Shown here: positions 1 through 12,532 of the stretch, piece by piece
Position numbering within the stretch: the stretch's first letter is position 1
Layout of the letters: each line of letters starts with the position of its first letter
Source: Vezdaea acicularis
Taxonomy: Eukaryota
Assembly (NCBI GenBank): GCA_026025075.1
Contig: JAPEUI010000031.1
Coordinates: forward strand, 124,001-164,385
DNA: 40,385 nucleotides
Direction: 5' to 3'
The notes under the pieces: model-generated
The model's database searches: none
What the model was told of the DNA's origin: nothing
What the model saw: the letters and a program-made list of their open reading frames with translations, nothing else
Translations under genes and position numbers: made by a program

Positions 1-1852
1 AGCAATCACGGAAACCCGTGGCATGGACATGACAGTATACCGCCGCTGCGGCTTCCTCAGCCGTCGACTCATCTGACGGACGGCATCGCGACGAACCTTC
101 CTTCCAGGTCGGGACAAGCCATTGAGTCATCGACCAGCCGAATGGCGAGCCCCAGCTCTCGAAGAGCATCTCTCGCTGCACTTCAAGAGTCAGGGCACAG
201 CCAAAGCTCGAAAAGCACATCGATCATCCCGTCTCTCCAGATTCCTCCTGAGATCAACGATAGTCAAGGCAGTCTGGCGGAATTCGCTGCTCAGGTATGA
301 CGACCACAAAGGATGATTGAGGTGTGCACAGATCAAGAACGGAAGAGCTGACTATTCACTTCTAGATCACCTGTCTTTTTTGGTTCGAGACCTCCTATAC
401 CCTTCAACGAGTTGAGGAAGCGACGTGGACGCCGACTCATGTCACGCCTCTGGTGCCGGAAGCAATACCCACCCTAGGGTTCAGAAAATGGGTCACAACG
501 ATATTGACGACGACGCAAGTTTCGCAAAATGTCATCCTCCTCGCCCTGTTATTCATCTACCGGCTGAAGGCTCAAAATACGTCGGTGAAGGGCAAGGCGG
601 GAAGCGAATACCGACTTTTGACGGTAGCGTTGATGTTGGGCAATAAATGTGAGTTTGTCACTCCTCTACTATGACATTGCATATGTGCCATGCCATGTGC
701 TGAGTGCTAATTTTCCACCGTTTAGTTCTCGACGATAATACGTATACCAACAAAACGTGGGCTGAAGTATCGGGCATATCGGTGCAAGAGATCCACATCA
801 TGGAGGTCGAATTCCTCAGTAACATGAGATACAGCCTTTTCACCTCGGAAAGGGAATGGAAGGAATGGTACGCGAAGCTCAGGAAGTTTTGGGACTACTT
901 CGATCGAGCGTCCAAGGAGCCCCAGGAGGTCAAGACTCAGCTTTCAGGGCCCCTTGCGCCCCAGCTTCACATTCCGTTACCGTTGCCGTCACCTCCAGCA
1001 TCGACCCATACATCACCACCGTTCTTTTCATCAAACCAGCAAAACAATCAAAGCTACCATCACAACATGTCTGTCCCACCGCTGAATGCTGCTATCCCAT
1101 CGCCGGCCGCGTCGGTGCCGGATATCGATGCGATGTACAGAGCTAGGAAGCGGAGCTATGACGAGAGCAGCCACGAGCCACCAGCAAAACGGCTGGCACG
1201 TTCAATGGCGCCGTTACCCGCGACTTCTCAGATCTCTCGGGCACCGTCGTACACCCCAACGGCAATGCAGCACATGCCACGCTTACCCGTCCCCAATCTG
1301 TCGCTTCCGAATACGCAATCACCTAACCAATACCCCAACTACGCGCAGGCTCCGTTGCCATTACCCAGCCGTGCCATGTCCATGGTCTATCAAGGGACTC
1401 CACCACCCGTCGCTTGGTCTCAACCAAACTATACGCCCACGAGCATCGGACCGTCCGGTTTGGGCTCTCACGCTGCTGCGCCTTCATGGTCTGATCAACG
1501 AAAACCTTCACCGTACTCGTTGACCACATGTACCTCCTCGCCCTCAACCAACTTCTCCGCTACAACACCAAATCAGAGTAATCTGTCCCCATCTTTCTTC
1601 CTTACACAACGAAGCTCTCCCTATCGGCCGGTACGAAATGTGCACACGTTGTTGGTCCCGCCGCCCTCGGCATCCATGCACAATCCAAGCCAGAACCTGG
1701 GCATCAGCCAGATGCACTACCAGTCGCTAGGCCGGCCGCGAAACGAATGCAAGACAGGCGTCGTGCCGCACGTGAACCACGAGGCCTGGCCTCCGATGCA
1801 GCACCCGTCGAGGGATTGGCCGCAGTTTCCACTGCCCAACTTTAATGTCTGA
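1..1852 (+). CDS. CLG1: Pho80/PCL-family cyclin, Clg1-like; 5'-truncated. Exons <1-294, 366-648, 726-1852
   Basis: Frame 1 is open from 1 to 294. Intron 295-365 (GTATGA..GCTGAC..TAG) and intron 649-725 (GTGAGT..GCTAAT..TAG) splice to give GSLAEFAAQ|ITCLFWFE and LMLGNK|FLDDNTYTNKTWAEVSG..IHIMEVEFL, the cyclin box typical of fungal Clg1-like cyclins. A long P/S/Q-rich tail follows. Confidence 0.88.
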
Positions 1853-3293
1853 AGTCTCTTCCGATGAGCGAATTCTCTTCCAACGAATTAGCGGAGGTGT
1901 CCACATTACACAACTTTCCTTTTTGCTCAAAGACAAGATATCTGTTGTAACAGTGGCATTCGTGGGCTGGGTAGAATATCTGCTTCCCTTGGATCATTCT
2001 CTGGCGCTCAAAGCTCCCTTTCTCGCTGCTCCGCGGCTTGAGGACCATTATTGTCCCTCTCTTTCGATTTCAATTTCAAGACTAAGTTTCTGGAGGGGTT
2101 TTTTTATCGGTGGCATCGGAGGAGCGTTGAGCATGAACATGAGCATTAGCATTAGCATCTCGGGCGGCGCTTTGACCAGTTCTGCTGCATCATCATTTGT
2201 ATTTCAGAAAAACCCCTACAAAAGGGGGGGGGTGTTTCTTGTAGACGGAGCCTTTTGCTCGAAAACTCTTTCCGGACGATGGGGAAGGAGTTGCCTCCCC
2301 CTTTTTCTCTTTCAGTGGCTTCGGGGGTTGGGCTCTCTTGATCAGAGATGGGCTCTGGGAAAGGGGGTTTCGAGAGTAGGGGCTTAACACCCCTCGATTG
2401 ATTAGGAGAATCGAAGTCCTTACCCCTTCGCCGAGCTGTGTTCTGGTGCTTTTTCTTTTTTCCGCGTCCCTGGTGCTGTGCTATCTGTCAGTTCATGGTT
2501 GCACCCCCCCGCCCCTCTTTCCGTTTCTCTTCGTTCCATGAAATGCCGATCTGGATATTGAGATGCATATCATAATGCCTTTTAAACCCCCCCCCTCCCC
2601 TCCATCCCACCACCTTCCCCCAACAAGGAAAAAGAGGCCTGGAATGAAGAGCAGACGACATTCGATTTGACGCACAGCGCTGCGCTGCGCTGCGATGCGA
2701 TGCGATGAGAAGATCAGGGCAGGAAGACTGGACACGAGATAGAACCCTCGAACGGGAATCTGGTCTGGAAGGCTGAATGCTGAAGGCTTCGTGCTTTGTG
2801 CGTCGTGCTTCATGCTTCGTGCATTGTGCGTCGTGGCCCCTCCCTCCCTATCGCATCGCGCGCGGCTTCTACGATTTGCCCCCCCCCCCCCCCCCTCCCC
2901 TCCCTTTTTCTGCTGGGGTTACAGGTATGATCGAATTGACCTTTCTGCGTCTTTTTGTTGCTGGTATTTGGATTTGTGTGGAGGGATCCCCCTTGCCCCT
3001 TTTTTTGGATTTCTGATGCTGTGTGTGGTCTGTGTGGTCTGCTGCTGTGTGTGTGGTCCGCTGCTGCTGTGTGTGTATGTCTGTATATGTTGTTTTCTGC
3101 GCGACCGCTGCCTCTGCGCCGCGTAGCAGGATTGAATGGGTGCCGGGGGGGGGGAGGGATGTTGTGTATGTATATCCGGTTGCTACGGCCTACTGGCTTT
3201 CCTGGGCTAGGGCGTTGGGGACGGTTGGGGGGGAAGGGGACTAGGTCGTTCATTGGGGACGTGAGAGGGGGGGGGGACTGCGGCGGGGAGGGT

Positions 3294-3361
3294 GGAGAGA
3301 GGGAGAGATAGAGGGAGAGAGAGAGGGAGAGAGGGAGAGAGGGAGAGAGGGAGAGAGAGAG
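3294..3361. repeat. Imperfect (GA)n/(GGGAGAGA)n polypurine microsatellite
   Basis: Directly visible purine tract in the low-complexity spacer between the convergent cyclin and chs7 genes. Confidence 0.9.
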
Positions 3362-3987
3362 TGAGGGTAGGGGGTTTGGTATTAGAGTTCTGACTACGTG
3401 GCTATCTATCTGAGCTATCTGACCTGTCCGACCTGTCCGACCTGTCTATCTACATGCGGGGCTCGAGCAGGGCGCGAGAGTGTCTACGACTTCGTGCGCG
3501 CGGTCGGGAGGGGACGAGATGGGGTCGCTGGGTGGATATCGCGTTTGCTTGGGCGGGGCCCTCTTCCTTCTCCTCATTATCCTCCCTCTCTCACTCTTCT
3601 CTCCCATCTCAGGGAATACCCATCCCCCTCTTCCATCTTCCATTCCGTGCGCTTGTGCCAAAGAAAACAAAAGGCGCCCATATCCCAGAAGGAGTGAAAA
3701 CGCCATGGCCGGTGATGCGGTTGCAATCGAATGCGGACTCCTCCCCAGAACCCCCAGATGCAAGGAGAAGAAAAAAAAACCAGCGCGATTACGGGCCCCC
3801 GCCGGGTTTCCAGGGGCTTGGTGCCATTAGGCCCCGCATTTGCCACAGGATTTCCCTCAATAATTTGATGCGATGGAGGTTCGAATTATGTCGTGAATGT
3901 CATACGCAAAGAACGAGGGGGGGGGGGGCGAGCGATATGTGCCCAAGGAGCGGTCGAGGAAGAAAAAAGGACGAGCAAAACCAATGC

Positions 3988-5065
3988 TCAAATTCCGAAG
4001 CCGCCGTAGTTCGAGCCGCGGTGGTTGGAGTGTTGGTAGAGGCTGCTCGCATATTCCGACTGCTGCGTGTCTTGATAGATAGTGGTGCGGCGATCCTCTT
4101 CCGGTAGTAGCTCCTTGACCTCCCAGTTGTGCTGCTTGGTCCCGACGCTGAACTCGAGATCTTCCTTCGTGATCGAGTCCCAGTACTTATAAATCATCAT
4201 GACGGCGAGCAGGTTGCACATGGTGGCGAAGAAGAGGCCGTCGAGGTAGTGCTGGACTTGATCGCAGATCGTCTGGCTGAAGACGTACAGGATCACCTGG
4301 CCGACGACGAAGAAGAAGACGCCGAAGAGGATGTCTCCGAGTGGCCACCGGTCTTGTAGCGTGTTCACCACGAGAAGCACCTGGAGGAGGACGTAGATGA
4401 ATAGGAAGATGCCGTTGATCAGGTACAGGACGACGAAGAGGCCGATTGTGTTGGTGGGACCCAGCGAGCCGACGCTCTTGAACGTCATGATTGAGACCGC
4501 CCCACATATGAGGAACATGAAGAGGGAGGCGCCTCGGAGAAGCCACACCGACATTCTCGTCCCATCCTCATACAGCTGGAACCCCACGAACCCGTTGACA
4601 AAGAGGCAAGTCACCAGCGCGGATGTGAGTCCGTTCTGTACCGCAGCGAAGTATGGATAGGCACCCGTGCCGGGAGGAATTACGCCAGAGTCCAGGATGA
4701 GCGACCAAACGGTCAGAACCATGTAGATATAGAAGAATGTCGTGATCTCCTTCCGACCTAAATATAGCGCATGGACTTTTAGCGAAACCGACTTGGTACC
4801 TCCGAGACAAGACACGAAAACACTCACCGACGGCCGTAAACTTCGATCGCACATGGATGACCATGATGATGGTCATCAGCAGTGCGACAATGTGCATGAA
4901 GCTCGCCGCTCCTTGGAAGATGATCGTGTTGGCCAGCTCGATGCTTCGCGCATAGCATTCGGGCTGGATACCTGTCGACCCAATGATGGGAGAAGGCGGG
5001 CCGACGAGAGAGCAAAGGGGGATCGCTGTCTTGCGACATATCGATCCGAAATCCCCAAATCCCAT
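3988..5065 (-). CDS. CHS7: Chitin synthase export chaperone Chs7, 335 aa, multi-pass membrane protein. Exons 5065-4828, 4757-3988
   Basis: Motifs MGFGDFGSIC, CYARSIELANTIIF, HVRSKFTAVG|RKEI (junction made by GTGAGT..TAG intron 4827-4758), NGFVGFQLYEDGT and YKYWDSITKEDLEFSVG are hallmarks of Chs7. Confidence 0.96.
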
Positions 5066-7140
5066 CTGTGCGATGGATGACTATAGAATGTTGAGAGATT
5101 GAATGGTGTGAAAGCGGATGTAATAATGGTAATGAATGTCGAAGCTGTCGTGAAAGGCTGTTTGACTGTTGAAGACTCTAGACAGAACACGAACCCCAGA
5201 GTTGAGACACGAGAGCGGCGCGACGGCCAACAGGACCAGCGGTGATGCCTTCTACCGCAACGAGCGAAAACTCTGGTGCACCGGGAAGAGGATGATGATG
5301 GCTTCCCTGGTTGGCAGTCAGGAGAGGTTGGAGGACGAAGATGGCGAGAAGCGACGACAGGGAAAGTCACCGGAGGCCTTTCCCCTTCGCTTCGTCGCCA
5401 AACAAAAGGCGGCGTTGCCAGCGTTGGGTGGTGGTGGGCCTTCCCTGAGGCTTGGCATTCGGTTGCCCGCGAAACGAGAAACGAGAGAGCCCAAGACAGC
5501 GAGGAAGAGGCACGTGAAGGTTAGGGCAAGAGACCGCCCTCGCTTAGATCACATGCTCGTGTCCTTTCCCAACGACCCTAATGCCAGGAACACCCCGCGA
5601 ACCCCACCCCAGACTCAACCTATCATCTCCTACTGGTCAATTCCCCGCGCTCGGTCAACCCTCAGGCTTTGGCCGCCCTTTCGACATCGACCTACAAGAA
5701 GGACACAATGTTCAGGATGCAATCCTCAAAGAGCTCAACGCTTGAACCGCTCTTCGTGAGGGCATTGTGCTCTTCCCAGCGATCCGGTCATGCCATCACT
5801 CGACTCTACGAAACTACGCACACCAGCAGGAGCGGATCCGGGCTCGATGGAGATGGGCCCGAAATTGCCCGTCGAGGGGGTCGTCGTCCACCATCGATCC
5901 GTTGCCGTGCTAAACACAGCATCAGATCGATCTCTTTCCACCCAACCCTGACGCAACCGAACTGATGGACTGCGATATGCACGGTGACCCCCACAGACAA
6001 AACGCCGACTGTGACGGTTCATGAGCATTCAGGAGTTATCTCCGTCGCCCAGTGGGAAAGCAGAAAAGTGCTTGCGAGGAAGTCGGTCACGGCACATGCA
6101 GAGATGCCCATTTCAGAAAGTCGATGACGGTACATGCAGTAGCCATTCTTCCTTCGTTTCGCCCTATTGTGCCGCTGCTGGCCTCGGTCGAACGGTAGAA
6201 ACGGGATAACCGGGCTGGCCATCGCACATGGTCACCCTGTCGGCCACGCTGCCTCTTTCGCGCCTGTGGATTTTCTTAGTGGCGGGCCATCGTCCCCTCC
6301 CTCACCCTCTCATCTGTCTTTCTGCCGAACTTAATTTTTTTTTCTCTGTCAACGCCCCCCCCCGCCAAACTCCAACCTCCTCCGGCCTTCCGCCCTCCGC
6401 ACAGACGCATTTTTTTCACACTACGTTCACAAGTCTCCACGATAGATCGCGATCGGTTTGACGACGCATCCTTCGTCCCAGGATGATGCCGACGGTTCTG
6501 GCTCCATCCGGCCTAGCCTTGACCCTGAAGAAATCTAATCGGTTTCTCGGAAAATTCACATCTCCACTCCGCGTCCTCTGTCCATGGCTGCCCGTCCCTT
6601 TCGCCGAATCCTATTGAACCCTTCCTGCCAAAATAGCGCATCGCTGCACCCGGTTTCCTCACCGTCTTCCCCCCGGAAATCTCGATCGAAGGAGCCGCGT
6701 CTGCCTTTGCTGACTCCCCGATTGGCCCTGCGCTCCGTCGCGATGGCTCGCGATGGCTCGCGCCTCTTTCCCTTCGTCACATTCGAGAGACCATCGAAGA
6801 CGGTGAGATGGTAAGACCACGCCAATTGCTCCCGCCATTCCTTCAAAGTCTCTGACAGGAACCAGTAGCGTTATGCCGCATCCATCTGCCGCGTGCCGGC
6901 GGGAGTCAGAGCGCGCATGTCCCGGTTCCATCTCTGTTGACCGAGGACACTTTGGAGCAAGAGCGGGCGAGGAAGACTACCTGTCGTTGCGCGTTTTCCA
7001 ACCTCTGATCTGATCACGATAGTCGTCGAGCGGCCTTTTCCCTCTTCAACCTTCTGCTGGGCATGGGAATCGGATGCTTGTCAACCCCTCATCCAGGAAG
7101 AGCCCCGTAGTTTAAAAGTCCCAACCTTCTTTGTCTTCTC

Positions 7141-7147
7141 TATATAG
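7141..7147 (+). promoter_or_regulatory. Candidate TATA element for the microprotein gene
   Basis: TATATAG in a CT-rich context (with TTTAAAA at 7111), about 100 nt upstream of the 5'UTR intron donor. Confidence 0.4.
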
Positions 7148-7245
7148 CTCTACTGTATCGTCTTCAGTCGCCGCGACATCTCCGCTCATATCAAGCTTAG
7201 CCGGTCTGGACCGCTTCGTGCTGTAACGTTATTCGAGCTCCCCTT

Positions 7246-7354
7246 GTAAGTACATACACACCCGCTGAGGTCACTGACTATCCACTTCGTTGTCCACCCA
7301 TCATCCTACGTACTCCAGATACTTCATACTCTTTAAAAAGCTAATCCGCCATAG
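7246..7354 (+). other. Predicted 5'UTR intron of the microprotein gene
   Basis: Consensus donor GTAAGT at 7246, branch GCTAAT at 7340-7345, acceptor TAG at 7352-7354 (alternative CAG at 7368-7370). It ends 80 nt before the ATG at 7435. Confidence 0.7.
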
Positions 7355-7434
7355 ATCCTCTCTTGTACAGCATCTGATTTAATTTACTTGGCTACGACCT
7401 TCCAAACGTCGTATCAACAGCATTAGCGGTCACG

Positions 7435-7593
7435 ATGTGCCAATACTATAAGAACTACTACATCTATACAAACTGTTCAGACCCGGCCGCTCATTTCTTC
7501 CGAACGTCGATCGATGGCACAAGAGATCCGAGGTGTCCTCGCGGACCTCATGAGAGATACATCGTCGTTCAAGGAAAGTGTCCACAGTGTTAA
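7435..7593 (+). CDS. 52-aa Cys/His microprotein of unknown function: MCQYYKNYYIYTNCSDPAAHFFRTSIDGTRDPRCPRGPHERYIVVQGKCPQC
   Basis: ATG in good context (ACG-ATG), TAA at 7591-7593, upstream intron and TATA. It has 5 Cys and 2 His and ends in CxxC. From memory only, it resembles small uncharacterised ascomycete proteins with KNYYIY..C.DP.AHF and C..GPHERYIV..G.CP.C. Confidence 0.8.
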   Translation: MCQYYKNYYIYTNCSDPAAHFFRTSIDGTRDPRCPRGPHERYIVVQGKCPQC

Positions 7594-9612
7594 CAGTGCG
7601 GGTGTGGCTGCTCCGACCATCAGCGGAACACTGGCCAGAAGTCGACGGAGGATGTGAAGGAACGTCAGTAGTCGCTACCACGAATCAACGATCTCCCACC
7701 ATCAAGCGATCACACTAGCAACGGAAGGACTTATTGTGTCTGAACCTCAAACTTCCCTCTCCACGATTTCGCGATGAACCGGTCGCCCGGCATTTATCGG
7801 TGTCGTCTGATGCTTGTCTCACGGAGTCCCTTGATTCCTCCGAAGCGCCGCTTTTCGCGTGGCTGCACGGGCCTTCGATCTCCACTTTCTTCAATACCAA
7901 CCATGTCCAGCATTATTTTCCCCGGATAATTGATAATCACCATACTTCGAGCCCTTTTCTCTTTTACGACATCTTCTCGTATGGCGCGAAGCATTCTCTG
8001 ATCACGTTTGCGTAAGAACTGCTATTGAAAGAACTGGGCGGATATACCATAGAGCGGCTTTTATTAGATGGCCTTGCTTGGGAGATTTTGGGGGGGGTGT
8101 CGTTGGCGCTTTGCAACTTTGATACACTACATCGCATTGGTGGCACATTTCTTGTACTGTCCCGCACTGTCCATACCCTTTTTTCTTTAGAACGGAGGCA
8201 ACCGGCTGTCCAGGCGTTTCGCAAAAGTATCTCTGGGAAGGATTATCAACACTACATGCCTGTACCATGCGAGTCCTCTCTTCGGCTAATGTATTAAAGT
8301 TTGAGTCCTGGGTCGCATCAAAGCGTTGACGTGGCGGAAATACCGGCGGAGCAGGTTTTGGGTACATGTGAGGTGTGAAAGACAAAAAAATCGATGTGAT
8401 CTATCATATCGAGCTCTCTCGCCTTCCTCCCAACGTTCCCGGCAGATCGGCTGTTGTCCAGCGACGGAGATTAGGGTTTGGCACAGGAACAACCCTGCCG
8501 CCGTGCCGTTTCGATATATGCAACGAAAAACTTACACCTCCATCATCGTGTCATCAGAAGCCAACTCCCACCCTCCCTTTTCTCTCATCCCCCTCCCCTT
8601 TCCCCCCCACTCTGCACGCACAACAGCACGGGCAGCAGTCAGGATCAAGATATCCCACGAGATCGGAAACGATCTCATCCCTTGCCCCACAGCGGGCACC
8701 CCTGTTAGCGAACGGAATCCCTGTACCGACACGCGCTTGGCAAAAAACAAAAAGAGGCGCCCACAACGGTGCTCCAGATGCCTGATGTGCAAACTGCATC
8801 AATCTTTACCGTGTTCTGCCGATGCCGTTTTGGCTTTTGCTTCCCCCCCCCCCTTTTCGAAATCCGCCCCCCACTCGCCCCGCCCGTTCGGGACGCGTGC
8901 GTCACGCAGCTCAACCAACTGAGATTCAATCGAGACGGATGTCGCGACCTGCGGAGCTGAACGCGCGAGACAGGGAGGGAGGAAGACGGAGGGAATGGGG
9001 CGCGATGATCTCATGATCCCATTCCTCCTCCTATTCCAGCCGCCTGCGTTGTGCATGTTCTAGACCTTCCACGGAAAAGATAGAAGAGTGCTTGATTCAC
9101 TTTTTTCTAGTAAGAAGGGGAGACACAACGTCTTTGATGTTGTTCCTGCGCTTTCCCTCCCCCCCCCCACGTTTAAGGATTTTCTTTGGCGCTTGCGGGA
9201 GGGGTGGTGGGGCGGGCTTTCGAGAATGTTGGTGGAGTGTTCGGTGGACTGGTTTCCGTGCTGCGCGGCCCCGATTGGAATACTGAGCAGCGGTCCCGGG
9301 AAACCCTAGGTGCGGGAGCTACGATGGAGAGGGCCGATGCGGGCCGCGCTTCGTGGGGCGAGGGAGGTATCGGGATATTGCTGAATGGTTGGTGGGATAT
9401 GTAATTATAGGTTTAGTCTCCACTACCAAAGTCACCTACAGTAGCTTCCGCCGACCACCATGCCCCACTCGAACGATGCCAGGAATACAAAGGAGAGGGC
9501 TTTATCATCCATCAACCCTGTGCCCTAAACCTCTCCATGCATGACCCCAACAACCAGAAAACAAACGCCCTCCATTATTTCCCCACCGTTACATAGCCCT
9601 TTTCTCCGCCGT

Positions 9613-11213
9613 CTAAGCATCATGAATAAGCCTATGCACGGCCGGAACCGCGCTTGGAGGCACACTTCCATATTCTGTGATGACCATCTTGATGTACTCC
9701 GCCGGCGTAAGATCATACATGAGATTCAGCAGGTGCAGCCCCTTGACGCCCCTCCACGCCCCCAGCTCATCTCCAGCCTCCCGCACGACCAGCTCTTCCG
9801 GCGGCGCGATCTCGTTCCTGGCGATACTGTCCGCTGGCACTTCATCCGTAAACTTGATGCCTTCGCAGCACACGATGACGGGAACGCCGGCATCGTAGGC
9901 GCTCATGGCCACCTGCGCGGTGCCTACGCGCGAGTACAGCGCCCCGTCAAACATCATGGCGTGTGCGCCTAGGAAGACTTTTGTGGCGGACCTCATGGCG
10001 GAGGTCAACCCGGTGGTCAGGTAGTATTGCACTTCTATGCCATGGCTCGCGAGGGCGCGCTTGAGGTTCTTGCCCTCGAAGAGCGGGCGCGAGTCGACGA
10101 CAATCACCCTAAATGTTTTCCCGGACGCGGCGAGATCATCATAGGCTTTGATCATGGTCTGTTCCACGATGCTGCTTTTGGCGTAGGTGAGCACCACGTC
10201 ACCGCCGACTATCTGGGAGGCGGCGCTGGTGGCGATGACCTGGTCGGCGACGGTTAGGCGCTCACGGATGAAGTTGTCGATCCACATGCAGAGCTCGGTA
10301 GTGGCGCGGTTGTCGGGGGTGTTGATGTGGGTTTTGGAGATGGCGCGCTTGAGAAGGCGCATTGCGTTGGACATGGAGATGGAGAAGGGACGGCATGTCT
10401 TGAGAAATTTAATTTGGGGTGAGAAGTACGTTTGGCCGAGATGAAGGGACAGGGCTGTGCCAGGGGGTGTGGTGTAGGAAGCGATGACCTAGGGATATGA
10501 TTAGTAATGTGGAGGTAGACTTCAAGGGGTAAGAGTAAAAGAGGCCTTACGCTCTTGAATGCTAAGAGCATCGCAACGCAGCGAGCACTGCTCCCACATA
10601 TTACGTAGTGGCTTAGTTGTAGGCCTAAAGCAAGAATGCGCGGGTGGATGTCTTTTCCGGCCGTTGTAATGCTGCCCCTTTTACCTTGCCCTGGGTCCTC
10701 ATACAGATGGCTGAGCAGCTCGACATGTTTATCTTCTTCTGGAGGTTTGGTAAGCTCGTGTGAATGTGATGTAGTCCCTCGTATAGGTAGCTGAGACTGG
10801 TCGGCGCCCTTCGGCCCAAGTTGCTTGCCATGCTTCCCAGATCCTGGCGTTGGAAGGGCCTGGCCCTTTTGTGCTACTGCTTTTGCATTTTGTGGCTTTC
10901 CTGCCTCTTGTTTGGAGTTTGTTCCGTTCTGCTGTGGAGGTGGGGCTACTCGACTCGCTGCGCGCTTTGCTTGCTTTTCAGCTTGCTTCTTCTTTTTCAG
11001 CTCTGCACCAGAGATTTTCTCTTCCTTTGTTGGGGCCGGTGGTGGTTGAGGCTTCCCAATTTGTGTAGACTTTGAATCTGCTTTGGGGGGAGGTGTTTGT
11101 TCCAGCGCTGTCGTTGAGGGCTCGGCAGTGGCTGTTATGTCGAATGGAATTGTTTTGGGGACCATAGAAGCTCTTCGACTACCACTAGCGGTAGTAGTAT
11201 TCACTGGTGCCAT
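9613..11213 (-). CDS. GCD2: Translation initiation factor eIF2B delta subunit, about 512 aa. Exons 11213-10551, 10488-9613
   Basis: Motifs IHPRILALGL, VICGSSARCVAML, AFKS|VIASYTTP (intron 10550-10489, GTAAGG..ACTAAT..TAG), VVDSRPLFEG, FLGAHA, YSRVGTA and NLMYDLTP..YIKMVITEYG match IF-2B family delta. The start codon was chosen as the first ATG in good context. Confidence 0.93.
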
Positions 11214-11865
11214 CTTGCGATAGACATATGCTGTTGCTATAAGTGCCACGGCAAACGATATACAGATTGAGGCATTTGCGCTCAGTAGTGGGCGTTGCAT
11301 GTGAGTCAAGCGGAACTTTGATGTTCATCAGATTTATCTCTTCATTAGCCGAACTCAAGAACGCCGACTTCGCGTTTCCTCAAAATGCCTCTATACACTT
11401 TGGTAGTTCAGAGAGGGCGTATATATTTTGATTTGGGGTTTTTGGACAGTGTATGGACTGTTCGCCTTTTCACAGCGATGGGAAATCTAGTATCACAGAA
11501 CAGCATGGTTATCTCCGTCACCGAAGTTGTCTCAGAAAGCTGGGTTGAATGCTAGCAAGAACTTCCTTCGCGTCGACACCAGCCTTTCAGTCTAGCAATT
11601 CCGACTTAATGGCAATCAAGAGACCTGGAGATGAAGAGTTTTGGATTCTCGCAAGTTTCGCTCTTTGATGGATCTAGGTTACAGCGAGCCGCAAGCGTGA
11701 GAGAAACCCTCGGTCATGCCCACCTTCCGAAGACGTGACACAGCATTGATGAAACACATAGTCCCCCGCTACGTTATGTACAGTTTTGCCCATTTTTAAT
11801 TCCATAAGAATCACAGTGGCCGGGCTGACACCGTCAATCTGCGCCTTTTCCCTCTTTTGATGACT

Positions 11866-12217
11866 TTACGAGGTGCTTGCTAGGATGCCCACAGTCTCCG
11901 TATCATTCGCGTCTCTTTCTCTCTGAGCCTTTCTTGCACGTTTCTCCAGCAGCCTCTCTTTCCTTTCCGATAGAATCCTTGTCTGTCTCTCCTCAACGCC
12001 CATCATCCAATACCCAAAACCAGCCCCGACCCCCCCAAAGAGTGGGTACACCCAGAGAGATTGTCTCACAAAGAACGGTCTCATTTCGATGCCGAGTTGC
12101 CATGCCCGAACTGCCAGGCCTAATCAATAGAGAAGCGTTTAGCAAATGCCCGGGTCATGAAGATGAGCGAAGCCAATTCCTACCGAAGCCTGTCCAGAAC
12201 AAGACCTTATGAACCAT
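11866..12217 (-). CDS. NDUFC2: Mitochondrial complex I accessory subunit NDUFC2/B14.5b (fungal 14 kDa subunit), 95 aa. Exons 12217-12184, 12119-11866
   Basis: The spliced product is MVHKVLFWTGFG|LAVRAWQLGIEMRPFF..LWVYPLFGGVGAGFGYWMMGVEERQ, with intron 12183-12120 (GTAGGA..GCTAAA..TAG). Confidence 0.9.
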
Positions 12218-12532
12218 TGTGAGAGAAGCTTCTATCGCACACAACCGAAGAGGTGAAATTGAGTGCGCTTTTAGTGTATTGTCATCGCGTTTGCTTTCGG
12301 GTTGCTCAATCTGTTGGAATACCGTTGGATTATCTTGAAGCTGGATGTCTTTTGACGTTCGAAGCTCTGCCTCGAGCAATTAGCTGACTAATCCCTCGGA
12401 AATTGCCGCCAGGAAGTTCCATGCGCGGTCATGAAAGTGTTACTTACAGGCCCATCTTAAACACTCCCAATCACAATGTCCAGATAAGTCAGTGATGCCT
12501 AGACAACCATCCTACTACTTTCTATAGTTAGC
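12218..12532. promoter_or_regulatory. Short (315 bp) bidirectional promoter region between NDUFC2 and the Shg1/BOD1-domain gene
   Basis: Divergent ATGs at 12217 (-) and 12533 (+). Inferred from gene geometry only. Confidence 0.55.

Noticed and set aside
1853..3987. Many overlapping 60-220 aa track ORFs between the cyclin and chs7
   Set aside because: They translate microsatellites and homopolymer runs (poly-G/C, GA, TG, GCGCT/GCGAT), with no domain and no coherent splice structure. The region is best read as 3'UTR and intergenic DNA.
5066..7100. Track ORFs upstream of chs7 (e.g. 5169-5759, 4876-5370)
   Set aside because: Non-ATG or poor starts and Arg/Ser-rich translations typical of GC-rich non-coding DNA. 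Likely divergent promoter and 5'UTR space.
7700..9600. Track ORFs between the microprotein gene and GCD2
   Set aside because: No recognisable motifs or convincing intron-exon structure.
11214..11309. Hydrophobic N-terminal extension of eIF2B delta in track ORF 10254-11309
   Set aside because: The track start is a TTG, eIF2B delta is cytosolic, and the ATG at 11213 has the better context.
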